Positions 1-13,112 of a DNA stretch of 64,000 bases are shown here, piece by piece. The notes under the pieces were generated by a model. It saw only the letters and a program-made list of their open reading frames with translations, did no database searches and was not told the DNA's origin. A program made the translations under genes and the position numbers. Each line of letters begins with the position of its first letter. Positions within the stretch are counted from its first letter, which is position 1. This DNA is from Hypanus sabinus (Eukaryota), in contig NC_082725.1 of the NCBI RefSeq assembly GCF_030144855.1, positions 61,194,001-61,258,000 of the forward strand, written 5' to 3'.

Positions 1-968
1 CAATTTACGTGAACAATTTGGATGAAGGCATTGAAAATAACATCAGCAAATTTGCTGATGATACTAAGCTGGGTGGCAGTGTGACATGTGATGAGGATGT
101 TAGGAGAATTCAGGGTGACTTGGATAGGCTGGGTGAGTGGGCAGATACTTGGCAGATGACGTTTAATGTGAATAAGTGTGAGGTTATCCAGTTTGGGAGT
201 AAGAACAGGAAGGCAGATTATTATCTGAACGGTGTAGGTAAGGGAGAAATACAAAGAGATCTAGGAGTCCTTGTTCATCAGTCACTGAAGGTGAATGAGC
301 AAGTGCAACAGGCAGTGAAGAAGGCTAATGGAATGGTGGCCTTTATTACAAAGGGAATTGAGTACAAGAGCAAGGAAATCCTTTTGCATTTGTACAGGGC
401 CCTGGTGAGACCCTGGAGTATTGTGTACAGTTTTGGTCTCCAGGGTTAAGGAAGGACATCCTGGCTGTAGAGGAAGTGCAGCGTAGATTCACGAGGTTAA
501 TTCCTAGGATGTCTGGACTGTCTTACGCAGAGAGGTTAGAGAGACTGGACTTGTACACGCTGGAATTAAGGAGATTGAGAGGGGATCTGATTGCAACATA
601 TAAGATTATTAAGGGATTGGACAAGATAGAGGCAGGAAATATGTTCCAGATGCTGGAAGAGTCCAGTACCAGAGGGCATGGTTTAAGAATAAGGGTTAGG
701 TCATTTAGGACAGAGTTAAGGAAAAACTTCTTCTCCCAGAGAGTTGTGGGGGTGTGGAATGCACTGCCTCAGAAGGCAGTGGAGGTCAGTTCTCTGGATG
801 CTTTCAAGAAGGAGCTAGATAGGTATCTTATGGATAGAGGAATCAAGGGATATGGGGACAAGGCAGGAACTGAGTATTGATAGTAGATGATCAGCCATGA
901 TCTCTGAATGGCCATGCAGGCTTGAAGGGCCAAATGGTCTACTTCTGCACCTATTGTCTATTGTCTAT
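1..968 (+). mobile_element. CR1-clade LINE, 3' part (RT C-terminus and 3' UTR), frameshifted; may be cut by the window edge
   Basis: ORFs 9-449 and 476-880 give KFADDTKLGG, QRRFTRLIP and WNALP motifs typical of CR1 ORF2; ends in a (CTATTGT)n tail. Confidence 0.95.
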
Positions 969-1883
969 AAGTGATAAATTGGAGCAGTAAAGCAAATGTA
1001 AACTTACTAGAAGTTAATGGTTTGTGAGTATGTTTAACTAACAGGAGCTAATAATGATTAAATCACACTAAACCTTGGTTTTGAGTGTTTACGTTTGATA
1101 TGTCAGTTGATTATATAAGAGCAGTTACCTTGTATGGCAACCCATGAGTTTTAATTGGATCCCAAAGATGCTCATGCATCTTGCAGGGAAATCTCAGTGC
1201 TCAGCAAAAGAATGTCCATTTGCTTACTCCACCTATTCACTTTAAACTGACCATCATGTACTCGCACATCTCACTGATCAATCTGCTGAAGTGCTGGTTG
1301 TCAAGAAATACAGCTTCACATTTCCAAGTCTCTGGTCAATAAGGAAGAATGACAAAAGTGATATTGGATAAAGAGATTTCCAAGGCTTCACTTCAACACT
1401 TGACAAACTAGCAGTAGCATTAGCAGGTCCATGTGCCATCTTCCATTGGAGAGCCATCATTTACTACTCAATGGAGACACAAGGAACTCTGTGGTTCAGG
1501 CAGCATCTATGGAGGGAAACGGACAGTTGATTATAGACCGTAGACATATTGGATATGAGATTGTGGCAAGTTAGTGGCTCAGTGAAACAAGAACTTCTGT
1601 GCTCCATCAGGTTGAGAGGATTAATGCCCCTACTGCAGTCTCTTTGTCATCTTCTTGCTATTACCTATCATTTGGCCTAGGCTGTTATTGCTCAAGGCCA
1701 AACAGAGTTACTGAAGCCATGCTCTCTGCTACTATTTGAAGTTATCCTACATCATCCTACAGTTATTGAATGAGAACTGCATATGAACATTAGGGCAGGT
1801 CTAGTCAATTGGAACTCAGGAAAGAAAGTACGGGTATGAGTCTTTGATGGCTGCATGTTTTGTTTTGTTGTGATTGGTCATAT

Positions 1884-2602
1884 TATTATGGTGTATCGGC
1901 AAAGCAGCATCGACTTTCCTCGCGGGTCTGGGAGAATCCGAAACTCGCTACAAAGACCAACTCTGCTGTGTAAAATGCATGTGTTATCAGCACCCTCCTG
2001 TATGGTAGCGAGACATGGACCATCTACTCCAAGCAGGAGAGGAAACACAGTAGTTTTCACCTGCGCAGCCTTCGCCGCATCCTTGGCATTAGTCCCAAAC
2101 TCTGAGATCTTCTCCCACGCTGGACTTCCGACAATGTTCATGCTTTTAAGACAACGCAGATTGCGCTGGTTGGGCCACGTCCGTCGTATGAAGGATGGTA
2201 GACTGCCAGAGGGCATCCTCTATGGAGAACTAGCAACAGGCAAGAGGAACGTTGGTAGACCCCAGCTTCGCTTCAAGGACTTTAGAAAGCACGACAATGA
2301 AAGCCTTAAAAATCAACACAGAGTGCTGGGAGGATGCAGCAGATGACAGCAACAAGTGACGAGACACTCTTCAGCAACACCTAGAGCAAGGCGAAAGAGT
2401 GATCCTGAGTCAGTCTGAGGAGCGGAGAGCTAAACCGAGAACACAGCAGACCACAATTCCATGATGCCTTTCACATGCAGCTACTGTGGCAGAGCCTGCC
2501 ATTCCAGGATTGGCCTCAATAGCCACAGTCGACATTGCTCGACCAACCAGTGACTACCAGAGGCACAGTACCCATGGTCAACCACATCCGACGGAGGCCA
2601 CA
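1884..2602 (+). mobile_element. RTE-clade LINE 3' fragment
   Basis: RRLRWLGHVRRMKDGRLP..ILYGEL..GKRNVGRPQLRFKD and a C-terminal C2H2-like motif (FTCSYCGRACHSRIGLNSH, ~2470-2530), both characteristic of RTE ORF ends. Confidence 0.85.
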
Positions 2603-3407
2603 TACTTATGGCAAGTAAGGCTTCTATGGTTGGTATTCGTCGATTGAACTCGAGCAGCCACATAAGAGTGAAAGATTGCCATAAGATAAATGGAGAAAGT
2701 TGAGAGGACAATCAAATCATGAATGACCTTATTGAGTAGCAGAGCAGACTCATTGGGGTCAAGTGGCTTATTCATGTCCCTAATTTGTATAACATAACCT
2801 ACGTGGAACTAAATTCTAATCACCTGGAAGTATGTGGTTGCAGAAGACACAGAGGAGAATTTCAAAAATATTGACAGTTCTGGAGAAAGATTGTCCAGGC
2901 TAATGTAAGAGTTAGAGTTGGGTTAGAGTTAATCTATGATAAAGTTATGAAAATCAAGGTGATGAAGAGGGAAGATTTCCTTCCTTCCACATAGTGTTCA
3001 ATGGTTAAAGGGTAGAAATGTAACACAATCATTAAATGGTGAGGAGTTAATGCAGAGAAAGTGTGTGATGATTGGCGTTGGATGGGTGTTACAGGGAGAG
3101 ATGTGGAGCTCACTTCCTGAATGGTGGAGCAAGCTGAATTTGTCACCTGTAAAATGCATCTGAGTGAAATTGTGAAGAGCTTTAAACCACAAAGCAACAG
3201 GAGGAGGGACTATGGAGTGACACTGACAGGAATTGATGGTTTTGGCAACTATGACTACAACGGGCTGAACAGTCTCATATGCAGGAAATATTTAGCATTC
3301 ATTTGTGCAGCAAGAAGAATTATCTAAATTATATATGGTTTGCTTCTTTTTGGTTTTATTTTATATATTTTTTCATTCAGTTCAGCATCTGCTTATTGGT
3401 TGTAATA

Positions 3408-3695
3408 AGCATAGAACATAGAAGTAAACGGCAGAGGAAGAGGCGAATTGGCCCACTATATCCGTGCCGAAGATGCTGCCACTTTAAAGTAAATCAATTC
3501 TGCGGCATCTGTTTCATATCCTGCTATGACTTGCATATTGATCTGTCGATCTAGAAGTCCCTTAAACATCACTATTGTATTTGCTTCTACACCAAACCTG
3601 ACAGCCAGCTCCAGGTATCCACTATCTTCAGTGTGAAAACAACTGGGACTGCATGTCTCCCTTTAGCTTTTCCATTTTCACCTTACATGCACGTC
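3408..3695 (-). mobile_element. degenerate CR1 3' end
   Basis: catagaacatagaa tail followed by reverse-complement CR1 3' sequence. Confidence 0.6.
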
Positions 3696-3696
3696 C

Positions 3697-6600
3697 TCAG
3701 GTAGGGGAGCAGACAGGAGATTTTGTGGACGTGAGAAGGAAACCCGCATGGTTTGTTGCCTCCCGGGTGCCAGGGTCCCAGATGTCTCTGACCGGGTGCA
3801 TGACATCCTGGTACGAGAGGGAAAGCAACCAGAAATCATGATACATGTTGGGACCGACAACATAGGCAGGAAGGGGGATGAGGTCCTGAAGTGTGAGTTT
3901 CAGGAACTAGGCAGGAGGCTGAAGAACAGCACCTCAAGGGTGGCGTTCTCAGGATTGCTGCCAGTGCTACATGATAGTGATGGTAAGAATTGGAGGAGAT
4001 GGCAGTTGAATGTGTAGCTGAGGAGTTGGTGCAGGGGGCAGGGTTTTAGATTTTTGGATCATTGGGACCTCTTCTGGGGAAGGTGGGACCTGTACTGATT
4101 AGATGGGTTGCACCCGAACTCAAGGGGAAGCAATATCCTTGCTGGTAGGTTTGCTAGCAGGAGGGTTTAAACTAATTTGCAAGGGGGATGGGACCCCTTG
4201 ATAGAGCAGTGAAAGAAGTGCATGGAGTAAAGCCAGATCTAACATATAGAGAGGCTTTGAGGAAAGAGCAGCAGAATAAAGGGTGTAAAGGTAGTAAGGT
4301 AGAAGGGCTAAAGTGTGTGTACTTCAATGCAAGAAGCATCAGGAACAAAGGTGATGAACTGAGAGCTTGGATACATACATGGAATTATGATGTAGTGGCC
4401 ATTACAGAGACTTGGCTGGCACCGGGGCAGGAATGGATTCTCAATATTCCTGGATTTCAGGCTTTAAAAGGGATGGGGGGGGGGGGGGAGGGGAGGAGGG
4501 GTGGCATTACTGGTCAGAGATACTATTACAGCTACAGAAAGGGTGGATAATGTAGCAGGATCCTCTTCTGAGTCAGTATGGGTGGAAGTCAGGAACAGGA
4601 AGGGAGCAGTTACTCTACTGGGGGTATTCTTTAGGCCGCCTGGTAGCAGCAGAGATATCGAGGAGCAGTTTGGGAGGCAGATTTTGGAAAGGTGCATAAA
4701 TAGCAGGGTTGTTATCATGGGTGACTTTAACTTCCCTAATATTGATTGGCATTTGATTAGTTCCAAGGGTTTAGATGGGGCAGAATTTGTTAAGTGTCCA
4801 GTATGGATTCCTGTCACAGTATATTGACAGGCCAACTAGGGGCAATGCCATACTAGATCTAGTATTAGGTAACGAACCGGGTCAGGTCACAGATCTGTCA
4901 GTGGGTGAGCATCTAGGGGACAGTGATCACCGCTCTCTGATCTTTAGCATTTTCATGGAAAAGTATAGAATCAGAGAGGACAGGAACATTTTTCATTGGG
5001 AAAGGGCAAATTATGAGGCTATAAGGCTAGAACTTGCGGGTGTGAATTGGGATGATGTTTTTGCAGGGAAATGTACTGTGAACATGTGGTTGATGTTTAG
5101 GGATATCTTGCAGGATGTTAGGGATAAATTTGTCCTGGTGAGGAGGATAAAGAGTGGTAGGGTGAAGGAACCATTGGTGACAAGTGAAGTGGGAAATCTA
5201 GTCAAGTGGAAGAAGGCAGTATACATGAGGTTTAGGAAGCAAGGACCAGATGGGTCTATTGAGGAATATAGGGTAGCAAGAAAGGAGCTTAAGAAGGGGC
5301 TGAGAAGATCAAGAAGGGGTCATGAGAAGGCCTTGGCGTGTAGGGTAAAGGAAAACCCCAAGGCTTTCTTCAATTATGTGAAGAACAAAATGATGACAGG
5401 AGTGAAGGTCGGACCGATTAGAGATAAAAGTGGGAAGATGTGCCTGGAGGCTGTGGAAGTGAGCGAGGTCCTCAATGAATACTTCTCTTCAGTATTCACC
5501 AATGAGAGGGAAGTTGATGTCAGTGAGGACAATATAAGTGAGGTTGATGTTCTGGAGCATGTTGATATTAAGGGAGAGGAGGTGTTGGAGTTGTTAAAAT
5601 ACATTAGGACAGATAAGTCCCCGGGGCCTGATGGAATATTCCCCAGGCTGCTCCACGAGGCGAGAGAAGAGATTGCTGAGCCTCTGGCTAGGATCTTTAT
5701 GTCCTCATTGTCCACGGGAATGGTACCGGAGGATTGGAGGGAGGTGAATGTTTTCCCCTTGTTCAAAAAAGTTAGTAGGGATAGTCCAGGTAATTACAGA
5801 CCAGTGAGCCTTATGTCTGAGGTGGGAAAGCTGTTGGAAAAAATTCTTAGAGGTAGGATCTAAGGGCATTTAGAGAATCATGGTCTGATCAGGGACAGTC
5901 AGCATGGCTTTGTGAAGGGCAGATCATGCCTAACAAGCCTGATAGAGTTTTTGAGGAGGTGACCAGGCATATAGATGAGGGTAGTGCAGTGGATGTGATC
6001 TACATGGATTTTAGTAAGGCTTTTGACAAGGTTCCACATGGTAGGCTTATTCAGAAAGTCAGAAGGCTTGGGGTCCAGGGAAGTTTGGCCAGGTGGATTC
6101 AGAATTGGATTGCCTGCAGAGGGCAGAGGGTCGTGGTGGAGGGAGTACATTCAGATTGGAGGGTTGTGACTAGTGTTGTCCCACAAGGATCTGTTCTGGG
6201 ACCTCTACTTTCCGTGATTTTTATTAACAACCTGGATGTGGGGGTAGAAGGGTGGGTTGGCAAGTTTGCAGATGACACAAAGATTGGTGGTGTTGTAGAT
6301 AGTGTAGAGTATTGTCAAAGATTGCAGAGAGACATTGATAGGATGCAGAAGTGGGCTGAGCAGTGGCAGATGGAGTTCAACCCAGAGAAGTGTGAGGTGG
6401 TACACTTTGGAAGGACAAACTCCAAGGCAGAGTACAAAGTAAATGGCAGGATACTTGGTAGTGTGGAGGAGCAGAGGGATCTGGGGGTACATGTCCACTG
6501 ATCCCTGAAAGTTGCCTCACAGGTAGATAGGGTAGTTAAGAAAGCTTATGGGGTGTTAGCTTTCATAAGTCAAGGGATAGAGTTTAAGAAATGCAATGTA

Positions 6601-7131
6601 ATGATGCAGCTCTATAAAACTCTAGTTAGGCCACACTTGGAGTATTGTGTCCAGTTCTGGTTGCCTCACTATAGGAAGGAAGTGGAAGCATTGGAAATGG
6701 TACAGAGGAGATTTACCAGGATGCTGCCTGGTTTAGAGAGTATGGATTATGATCAGAGATTAAGGGAGCTAGGGCTTTCCTCTTTGGAGAGAAGGAGGAT
6801 GAGAGGAGACATGATTGAGGTGTACAAGATAGTAAGAGGAATAGACAGAGTGGACAGCCAGCACCTCTTCCCCAGGGCACCACTGCTCAGTACAAGAGGA
6901 CATGGCTTTAAGTTAAGGGGAGGGAAGTTCAAGGGGGATATTAGAGGAAGGTTTTTCACTCAGAGAGGGGCTGGTACGTGGAATGCACTGCCTGAGTCTG
7001 TGGTGGAGGCAAATACTCTAGTGAAGTTTAAGAGACTACTAGACAAGTATATGGAGGAATTTAAGGTGGGGGGGTTATATGTGAGGCAGGGTTTGAGGGT
7101 CAGCACAACATTGTGGGCCGAAGGGCCTGTA
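3697..7131 (+). mobile_element. near-complete CR1 LINE (partial ORF1 esterase-like domain plus ORF2 APE endonuclease-RT), inactivated by stops and frameshifts
   Basis: ORF1 MVCCLPGARV..HVGTDNI; APE NARSIRNK, ITETWL, MGDFNFP; [41 protein letters not shown]; split over several frames. Confidence 0.95.
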
Positions 7132-7699
7132 AAAAAAAAGATTATTTCTTTTCATATAAGGTAGCATGGCAGAGTCAAAATGAATCAGAATCAGAATTAA
7201 TACGGTGAAATTTGTAAACGACATACGCCGGTGTTGTTAAACCTGATTCTGATTATGATACTGATTCATTCCGTACCTGCCAGCTAACATGAGCTTGAAC
7301 ATTTTGATGGACCCATTATGAAATCGAACAGTTCATTAAAGTTAAAAATCCCAGGGAGCTGAAAATGAGCAGACGATGTTAAGATAATGCATGTGCTTTG
7401 TTTCTTGATAATTATCGTCAGTTACTTGCTACAATCAGTGAGGTGTTTGTTGACAATTAAATGTGCTTACGATGCAAAATTTTGCTATAATTGTAATTAA
7501 GCGTGTTAATTTGGGTGTTTGCAGTAATTTTGTTGTACAAGTAGACAAATTTCAAATTCAATTTGAAATTCAAAATGAACCCCTATTTGTTCGAATTTCA
7601 ATAGCGTATCGAATAGCTCTTTATAGAAAGATAATTGGCAATCACTTATCAAATGTATAATCGTTTTTTAAAAAAAAACAATTCTCAATCTCTCAAGAT

Positions 7700-8340
7700 A
7701 GACGTCACTCGTTAAAAGTAAGAAATGGAAAGGTTTTCACGAAGTAATTGTTTGACCGACCGGAACGCGCCCGCCTCCCCTTTTGTTTTCTAGGGGGCTG
7801 TTCGCGTGAGGTGAGGAGAGCGGGCGCGTTCACTGAAATGCTGGTTTGATCCATTTTCACCAGATGCAACATCGGAGACCGGGTAGTTGGAACGCACCGC
7901 GAAATTTCCGATCAGGACGGATTGGTAGGAAGTCCTTTCATCTGTAAATACTGTACTTAAAAGTTGATATTGCCAATTAATTAATTGTTGCTCCATTCCA
8001 ATGTTAGAACATTTTAAAACTCTTCCCGTGGAGTTCTGGTTGTCTTGTACACAGAGTCTGGCACTTTTTAAGCAGGTTAGACAGCAACATTACAAATTTA
8101 TCTGAGTCACTTCCACTGTCCTTTTCCAGGTGGTTTTATAAACTGAGCCTCTGTTTCACCTTTTAGGCGAGCCAATGACATCAGTCAAAAGCCGGAGAAC
8201 GCTCCAAATACCCCAGCGAATTTATGCCACTAAACTATCCACTGGAATGTCTCATTACTTTTTATCTGTGTTTCCCCAGATGACAGTGTAACAGATCCCC
8301 AATAAAAAATTAACTTGCTCTGAGACCCAGGTAATTTTCT
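7700..8340. promoter_or_regulatory. CpG-rich unique region, candidate distal promoter or enhancer
   Basis: dense CpGs, GC-box-like cgcccgcctcccc, TGAGTCA at 8103, gccaatgacatca (CCAAT plus CRE-like) at ~8171. Confidence 0.4.
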
Positions 8341-10551
8341 CGAAGACATTTAAGCTCTCTCTTTTCCCTACCGTGCAAGGATTCGGAAAGATATATTTTT
8401 AACCTGGAAATCTTAAAATTATAATATGAGATTCTTCATTTCTGGACAATATTCTGAGATAAATATAATTTTCATGCAGAAACTCTCCATTCGTGCAATC
8501 GGCATAATTCCGGAATCGGATAATTCCGTCTGTGCTTTAATTACCTCGCATGTCTTGATCGTTTATTCCACTAATTTGTACTTAAAACTCCAAACATTTC
8601 ACGTTAGTCATGAACTACGAAAAGTAAACGTCAAAGCTGGCGTTTTCTTAGCTTTAAGCCGCGCATGAAAAGACTTGTGATAGAGATGGATGATAATGGT
8701 CTTTGAAACTTTGGAATGATATTGAAGACGTGGTCTCCCAGACACGTAACGCAGAAAAAGAGTGCAATTGTTAGTTTGCTGTAGAATAAAAACAATGTGG
8801 GGAAAGAGTGGGAACCTGCTGAGGGCTGACTAGGTCTCTATTGGGTGTCTAAATATAAGTATCCTGCCTACCTACCTACAGAAAGTATAACCTGCTGAGT
8901 ATTCCAATATTACTCGTTTTGTCTGATACTTTATAACTGCCTGCCTCTTGGGAATCTTAGATGGAGAGACTCTGGAAAAAGTCAACATGATATACGTTGA
9001 TTAAAGTCAGCATGTCTTCATTTTGTTTGTTGTGAACAGGAGTCTGTGCCTGCATTAAATTTCAGACTACTGGTTAAGATGTAAAATGCATTCGATTTCA
9101 TTTGTGCTTGCAGTTAAGTTTTAACGACAAACAACGTGTTAATTACCTGGGATAGATATTTTGATTCTGCATGTGCTAAAAAAAATACGTAGAAGTAAAT
9201 TCTAAAGATTTCAGATTTGATTGATGTCAAGTAGAGGTTTACACCTGCTGTTCTTTTTTTCTCTCTTTATGTGAAAGTGGAAAAATATTCAAAAATTTTG
9301 CAATATGATTTTAAAAAATAAATGCAGCGCTATAGATTAAAATTAACATCGTGTTGTCCAAATGTATTTTATATAGAAGTAAAAAATAAATATTTGTACT
9401 TTAGCCTTTGTTCTACTTGAAATAGCAGAATAAGCTTCCAACTACATCGCACAGACTTAATTTACATCTGCCACAAAGCTATTTTAATTGTTAACACATT
9501 TACACTTGACAAACACTTCACAGTGTCCAGGTATGTCAATGGCAAAATTTTGGAGGCTTCGGTAACTATGAAGATGATAGAAGAATTTGAAAACATTAAC
9601 TCTATCCCCTTTACAATAGCATTGGAGAGAGATAGGAACAGTCAAGTTAGAAAAGCATTTAACTGGAATAAGGGGAATTATGAGGCAGGGAATTGGAAGC
9701 TTAAATTGGAAACAGATGTTCTCAGGGAAAAGTGCGGCAGAAATGTGGCAAACCGTGAAACATCACAATAATTATACGTATTGTCTCTCTTAATATATAA
9801 CAATTGTAATAAAATACAAATTTACTTTACTTCGTTCTACTTAGACCATTATCGTTCACTTTCTCTAACCATTGTAGTGCTTGTCCGGAGCATTTTCCCA
9901 GCCATAGTTTCTGGAAGATAAAAAGACAGCAAGTCAATTTTTTCTGCAATCTTGTTAATAACTTCATGACCTTTTTAATGCGTGTGCTTGTGTGAGTGTG
10001 TGTATATATATATATATATCCAATATTACTACAAAAGTGCGATGTTAATATTGAATTTTTAAGCTTAAATACATCTTTTATGCTGAGGAAGGTTTCGACT
10101 TGAAACATTAATTGTGTCTCTTCACACTGACGCTGTCTGACCTGCGGAATGTCCCAGCATTTTCAGTTTTTAATTCAGATTTTCGGCATCTGAACATCCC
10201 ATATGTCTTTAACCCACTTAAAGTCGACACTTGAGTGTCTTCATAATGCCATGGAATTCCCAAATCCTAGCCTTATTAAGATACACAAATAAAGGATCAA
10301 ATATTTAGGGTAATAATCATCAAAGCGGAATGAGGGCCAATCACAGTATTCCTTCTCAACTTGAGTTTTTTGTATTCGTTGACCACATGGATGTAAGGAG
10401 AATATATTTTACCTTAAAGGCCGTTACTGACCTTTTCCTTGAAAGCATTTCTCTCAAGACAACTTCCTTTTTTGCCATTGCTTTGCCAATATGTACCAAA
10501 CTGTCACGTGGAAGATAATCAATAAAGATCACACGTTCGTGTGAAAAACGT

Positions 10552-11140
10552 ATGAAAATTGTACAAGGCATTGGTGAGGCCAAATTTGGAGTATTGTGTA
10601 CAGTTCTGGTCACCACATTATAGGAAAGATGTCAACAAAATAGAGAGAGTACAGAGGAGATTTACTAGAATGGCACCTGGGTTTCAGCACCTAAGTTACA
10701 GAGAAAGGTTGAACAAGTCAGGTCTTTATTCTTTGGAGCGTAGAAGGTTGAGGGGGGACTTGATAGAAGTATTTAAAATTATGAGGGGGATGGATAGAGT
10801 TGATGTGAATAGGCTTTTTCCATTTAGAGTAGGGGAGATTCAAACAAGAGGACATGAGTTGAGAGTTAAGGGGGCAAAAGTTTAGGGGTAACACGAGGGG
10901 GAACTTCTTTACTCAGAGTGGTAGGTGTGTGGAACGAACTTCCAGTAGAAGTGGTAGAGGCAGGTTCGATATTGTCATTTTTAAAAATTGGATAGGTATA
11001 CGGACAGGAAAGGAATGGAGGGTTATGGGCTGAGTGAGGTCGTTGGGACTAGGTGAGAGTAAGCGTTCGGCACGGACTAGAAGGGCAGAGAAGGCCTGTT
11101 TCCTTGCTGTAATTGTTACATGGTTATGTGGTTACATGGT
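10552..11140 (+). mobile_element. CR1 LINE 3' fragment
   Basis: YKALVRPNLEYCVQFWSPHYRKD..RRRLRGDLIEVFKI; short tandem tail (ttacatgg-like). Confidence 0.9.
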
Positions 11141-12299
11141 TCTTTGCAAACCCGGCGCTCTCCTCAATTTCAGGCAGGCAATATTTATTAAGAGCTTTGA
11201 TGTTGTTCGGATGATTCTTCTTTTTTTGAACTGTCAGCAAACAAATGGATGGTTTAAAATATTCGCTTCCATTGTGTATTATGCAGGATCTGTAGCCAAA
11301 TGAATGGTTCTGCAACTTTTGATTTTGCAAAATTTGGGGTATTGGTTTGATGCTAGGGTTGGAGTTGGTTTACTTTTTGGAATGATTTAAAGTTACTTTA
11401 TGTCTGGAGTTGGTACTGGTTTCGAGGCCAACAACGGGTTTCTCATTAGGATCAGTGATGTATCAATTTTAGTTGGAACGTTAACATCTGCAATTGGTGT
11501 TTGTTGAGTAGTCCTCAGGAAATATTCCGTGAACGAATATTTGTTTATCACATCAGGGCCGAGCAGATTTCTGAGTGAAGTCGGTGGCAGATAAGAAATA
11601 AAATTTCTGAAGACAGCAACGCCCGTCTTTTCCTGGTCTGCTCGGTGAGGCAGAGTGTGTGTAGATACAGGAGCAGGATTTTGGGGAGGAGAGTGGTCGC
11701 AGTGGGTTGGGATGATAGTGAGGTGGTGTAGGTGCCATCGATTCCCTGTATTTATTTCATGCAAAGCCTTCACCCACCTAAACAATCCGGGTTGGATCCA
11801 GTTCTACCCATCGCCATTTCCCTCTATGGTTGAATTATAGCCGTCATGTCTATATGTTCAGTAGCTATTTATCTCGAATCATCTCGTTGTTTAGTTCGTG
11901 CAATAAAGCTTTCAGTGAATTGAGTACTCAACTAAAAAGACTGCTTTGCCAGAACAGGTTCCACGAAAAGATTTGACTTCTTCCTAAACTGTTTACATAA
12001 AACAACCGATTTGTTTGTTGCTCTGTTTATGGGCTATACAGAAAACGAGGCTGCATTTCACAACGTTTCTATATAAATATGAGAAAATACAAAACACGCC
12101 TTATATTCACAAAGCACTACGTGCGTGGTGAATGCCATCCGCACTTGGACCAGCGGTCAAGTTGCTCTTTTGTGTAATGAATATATTTTAAAATACCAAT
12201 TCTGTCGGTAACGGTTTGTAAAACACCAAATGACTTCGTTTATTGACAGCGCGATTTCGACCTCAATGTAAAGTTTGTTAACCTGCAACACAACCAACA

Positions 12300-13112
12300 A
12301 TTCTCTCTCTTTCCTGTTTGTGTTTATCTGTAGTTCAGACTACAAACAGGTTTACAATCATTAGCAGAGTTTCGCAGTACTTGGACATGTGGTTAAAATT
12401 CGCCAGGAATTCTCCCCGCGCCATCCAATTACGTGCCAATTACGCGTCTAGTTTAGCCTATTAATTTATCTTTGAAGTTGCTTTTGCCATTTTGTTTTGG
12501 TTTTGAGGAATGTGTAATTGTGTCTTATTAACAACATAAATCCGCAAACGTGTTCACAGGGCCAACTCGGTCTTGCATTTTGATGTGGTTTCGAGCCTTA
12601 ATTTGTGGCGGGGTACAGTTCCCTGTCTTCGGAGGCTGTTTGGTTGTATTTCCCACAGTGGCAGGCAGGTGGTTCTGTTCGGCGAGCTGCTTGTCTGCTT
12701 TTGGATTGTAACAGTCTACCTTCGCAGGTCACAAGCACAATTCAGCTGAGATAAACAGCAGGTATCCCTTCTCCGCTTTTCACCTCACTGCCAAAGAAAG
12801 AACGAGTCCTGAATCCTGTGAGGATAAGAGGCGATGTAAGGTGCACCCACGTGGCTAAGAAAATAAGGCGGGGGGGGGGGGGGCTGGAAGAACATAGTAG
12901 ATGCGATGGCATCCCAACACCGCAGGTTTATCAACAAAAACCTTTGCCGTTTCTGAGCGCTTTGGGATGTTACCTTTATAATTCATTGTGTCAGCTGTCT
13001 ACCACCAACCGTCTCGCTTCCTTCTGTCTTTCCGCCCTTTTATACAGTCCTCATGAGGTCGATGCCAACCGACGATTTTGAGCTGAGCTGAGCTCCCGGC
13101 CGAGAGAAAATT
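12300..13112 (+). promoter_or_regulatory. gcm2 proximal promoter / 5' UTR region
   Basis: repeat-free CpG-rich DNA directly upstream of the ATG; contains GATA and homeobox-like motifs and a poly-G tract; the TSS cannot be placed from sequence. Confidence 0.55.

Noticed and set aside
1278-1460. Possible exon of a neighbouring gene (elovl2/sycp2l side)
   Set aside because: No recognisable protein motif or convincing splice-site pair
3742-3749. Perfect GCM-binding motif ACCCGCAT (possible autoregulation)
   Set aside because: Lies within conserved CR1 ORF1 coding sequence (TRMVCC), and an 8-mer is expected by chance in 64 kb
3697-7131. Active autonomous LINE or domesticated RT gene
   Set aside because: Multiple stops and frameshifts, and the 5' end is truncated
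7182-7268. Inverted (aatcag)n/(ctgatt)n motif
   Set aside because: Most simply two short LINE tail remnants in opposite orientation
7775-7800. Telomerase RNA-like U-rich segment
   Set aside because: No CTAACCCT template sequence
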